A model generated the notes under the pieces. That model was not told the DNA's origin and did not search any database. It saw only the letters and a program-made list of their open reading frames with translations. A stretch of DNA of 64,000 nucleotides from Acidobacteriota bacterium (GTDB lineage: Bacteria; Acidobacteriota; UBA6911; RPQK01; JAJDTT01), in assembly GCA_965263035.1 (NCBI GenBank), contig OZ253580.1, positions 2,272,001-2,336,000 of the forward strand. The letters are read 5' to 3'. Of this stretch, positions 61,770 to 64,000 are shown piece after piece (position 1 is the stretch's first letter; every line of letters begins with the position of its first letter). The translations under genes were made by a program, and so were the position numbers.

Positions 61770-61870
61770 GGATTGAAGGAGTTTATTCTAAGTGCATATG
61801 CAAAAAACCGCCACTGAGCGCGACCCGGGTCGCATCCTGCCTGAAGCCGGCGCCATCGGCTCGGACGAGA

Positions 61871-63358
61871 TCAACTCCAGATCAGAGGTAACCACCAGTT
61901 GGCCGCCGCGAACAGCAGGATGGCGAAAGCCAGGTTCAGGGCCAGCCCGGCACGGATCATCTCGCCGATCCTCAGGTGTCCCGATCCGAAGACGATGGCA
62001 TTGGGCGGGGTGGCCACCGGAAGCATGAAGGCGCAGGACGCCGCAGTGGTGGCAGCCAGCATCAGCGGGTAGGGCTCCTCCCCGGTGGCGGCGGCGAGCG
62101 CCGCCATGATGGGGATGAAGATGGTGGCCGTCGCCGTGTTGGAGGTGAGCTCGGTCAGGAAGATGACCACCAGAATCGCCGCCAATACCAGCACGGCATG
62201 AGGAAACCCTTGCAAAATCGACAACTGGTCGGCCATCCAGGCTCCGAGGCCCGATCCCTGGATCCCCTTGGCCAGGGCCAGCCCTCCGCCAAACAGGATC
62301 AGCACTCCCCAAGGGATCTGCTTGGCGTCGGACCATTCCAAGAGCTTCGGTTCCCGTGCCGAGAGCGCGAACAGCAGGAGCGCCCCCAGGATGGCGATCA
62401 TGGTGTCGCTCACGTCCTCGAGACCGATCCGATCGAACCCGTGGGGCCAGAGGCCACGCAAGATCCAGAGGCCGGCCACGGAGACGGAGATCAGGAGCAC
62501 CCTCCTCTCCGCGGTGCTCATCGCTCCCAGAGAGGCGATTTGCCGCCGAATATGGCTGCCGGCGGAGTCGGAACGGGGCTCGCGTCCCAGGGGACAGGCC
62601 ATCCGGGTCAGGTAGAACCAAGCCAGGGGAACTCCCACGGCCACCAGGGGAACTCCGTAGAGCATCCAGTCCAGGAAGGTCACGGTCCGGCCCATGTTGG
62701 ACTCGAGATAGCCCACGAGTATGGCGTTCGGAGGACTTCCCACGATGGTTCCCAGCCCTCCGATGGAGGCCGCGTAGGCCACTCCCAGCATCAGGGCCTT
62801 GCCGAAGTTGGACCCGGCGGCCCCGCCCGGACCCTGCACCTGGGTCGCGACACCCAGGGCGATGGGAACCATCATGACCACGCACGCCGTGTTGGAGATC
62901 CACATGGAGAGGAGCGCGGTAGCTGCCATGATGCCCAGCACGACCCGGCGGGGGTCCAGGCCGAACAGCCCGACGGCCCTGAGGGCGACGCGACGGGCGA
63001 GGCCCGACTTCTTGAATGCCGCCGATATCAGGAACCCGCCCAGGAACAGGAAGATGACGGGATGGCCGTAAGAGAGGGTCACCTCCTTGGCGGGCACCGC
63101 TCCGCTCGCGGGAAACAGGACGATGGGGAGCAGCGCGGTGGCCGGAAGCGGAATCGCCTCGGTCATCCACCAGCAGGCCATCCAGAGAGCCGCGGCCCCG
63201 ACCGCCAGAGCCTCGGCCTTCATGGTTCCCTGCCCCAGCCAAAGAACGCTCAAGAAGAGCACGGGACCCAGGACAAGCCCCATCCACCGGACCCATCCGG
63301 ACCCGGCACCGGCCTGGTCAGGGGCCGATCCGGAGTCTGAAACCTCCTGGTTTTTCAT
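61871..63358 (-). CDS. SLC13/DASS family anion transporter
   Basis: SMWISNTA, GSPPNA, TELTSNTAT and PVATPPNA motifs. Confidence 0.93.
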   Translation of the reverse strand: MKNQEVSDSGSAPDQAGAGSGWVRWMGLVLGPVLFLSVLWLGQGTMKAEALAVGAAALWMACWWMTEAIPLPATALLPIVLFPASGAVPAKEVTLSYGHPVIFLFLGGFLISAAFKKSGLARRVALRAVGLFGLDPRRVVLGIMAATALLSMWISNTACVVMMVPIALGVATQVQGPGGAAGSNFGKALMLGVAYAASIGGLGTIVGSPPNAILVGYLESNMGRTVTFLDWMLYGVPLVAVGVPLAWFYLTRMACPLGREPRSDSAGSHIRRQIASLGAMSTAERRVLLISVSVAGLWILRGLWPHGFDRIGLEDVSDTMIAILGALLLFALSAREPKLLEWSDAKQIPWGVLILFGGGLALAKGIQGSGLGAWMADQLSILQGFPHAVLVLAAILVVIFLTELTSNTATATIFIPIMAALAAATGEEPYPLMLAATTAASCAFMLPVATPPNAIVFGSGHLRIGEMIRAGLALNLAFAILLFAAANWWLPLIWS

Positions 63359-63502
63359 GGGGTTCGCTTCCGAATCGAAAACTTACCAGTTCCGGGCCGG
63401 GATTTCCCGCCCGATTCGCAGAACCCCTGAATGAAGACTTGAGACGACCACAGCGGCGGTTGTCTCCAGGTTTAGCGGACTCTCCCGTTCTTCCCCCCCG
63501 GA

Positions 63503-63528
63503 TTCGGGGGTTGGAAACCCCCGCTCCT
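63503..63528. repeat. REP-like hairpin
   Basis: CGGGGGTTGGAAACCCCCGCTCC. Confidence 0.6.
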
Positions 63529-63598
63529 GCATCGCTTGCGGGAAACGCATTCCCGGTAATACCCTTTGACTGCGAATCTCCCGAATGAGGTCTCCATC

Positions 63599-64000
63599 AT
63601 GAAGAACCCTGAATTCCGTTCGTTCCGGCTCGCAGCTCGCGTTCTCAGCGCTCCTCTGGCCTGCCTCTGCCTGGTCTGGGCGGTGTTGGCTCCCCAGGTC
63701 GTGCATGGTGAAGACTGGCCACAGTGGAGAGGACCCGCACGGGATGGAGTCTGGCGGGAGACCGGGATCGTCTCAGAACTCCCGCAGGAGCTGAACTTCA
63801 AATGGAGGATGGAAATCGGTCAAGGTTACGCTGGGCCGGCGGTGGTGGGAAACCGGCTCTACATTACCGACCTGGTGTCGGCGGCAGATGACCAGACGTC
63901 CGCCGGCAGCCGGGAGCGGGTACTCTGCATGGACGCCGGGACCGGCGCCACTCTCTGGAAGCACGAATACGCCCGCGACTATGAGATCTCCTACCCGCAA
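63599..64000 (+). CDS. PQQ-binding-like beta-propeller protein (partial)
   Basis: Manual translation: signal peptide, then EDWPQWRGPARDG...GYAGPAV. Confidence 0.85.
   Translation, partial: MKNPEFRSFRLAARVLSAPLACLCLVWAVLAPQVVHGEDWPQWRGPARDGVWRETGIVSELPQELNFKWRMEIGQGYAGPAVVGNRLYITDLVSAADDQTSAGSRERVLCMDAGTGATLWKHEYARDYEISYPQ

Overview
High-GC bacterial window. The gene content (DUF1501/DUF1553, DUF3738-like, sulfatase, PQQ propellers) suggests Acidobacteriota or a PVC-like lineage; this is an inference. There are three zones. (1) 1-6200: a DUF1501 gene, an ORF-less group IIC intron inserted inside a REP-like hairpin cluster, and lipoprotein, hydrolase and sulfatase genes. (2) ~6200-38800: an accessory region ending about 150 bp from the 3' end of tmRNA (ssrA). 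It is cut into about 20 gene-sized segments by a 23-bp imperfect palindrome (consensus GAGAAGGTGAC-T-GTCCCCTTCTC): 20 copies in one orientation and 2 inverted copies at the left edge. The segments hold unrelated genes, toxin-antitoxin modules, duplicated DUF1501 genes, gene fragments truncated at the sites, and an IS1380 element. It looks like an integron-like cassette array with a non-attC site and no recombinase in the window, and is the main candidate for an undescribed system. (3) 39300-64000: core genes (coaE, uvrA, polA, plsC, rlmD, thiO and others) with REP-like repeats, where I saw no cassette sites. All calls were made by eye from the sequence and ORF track, without database searches.
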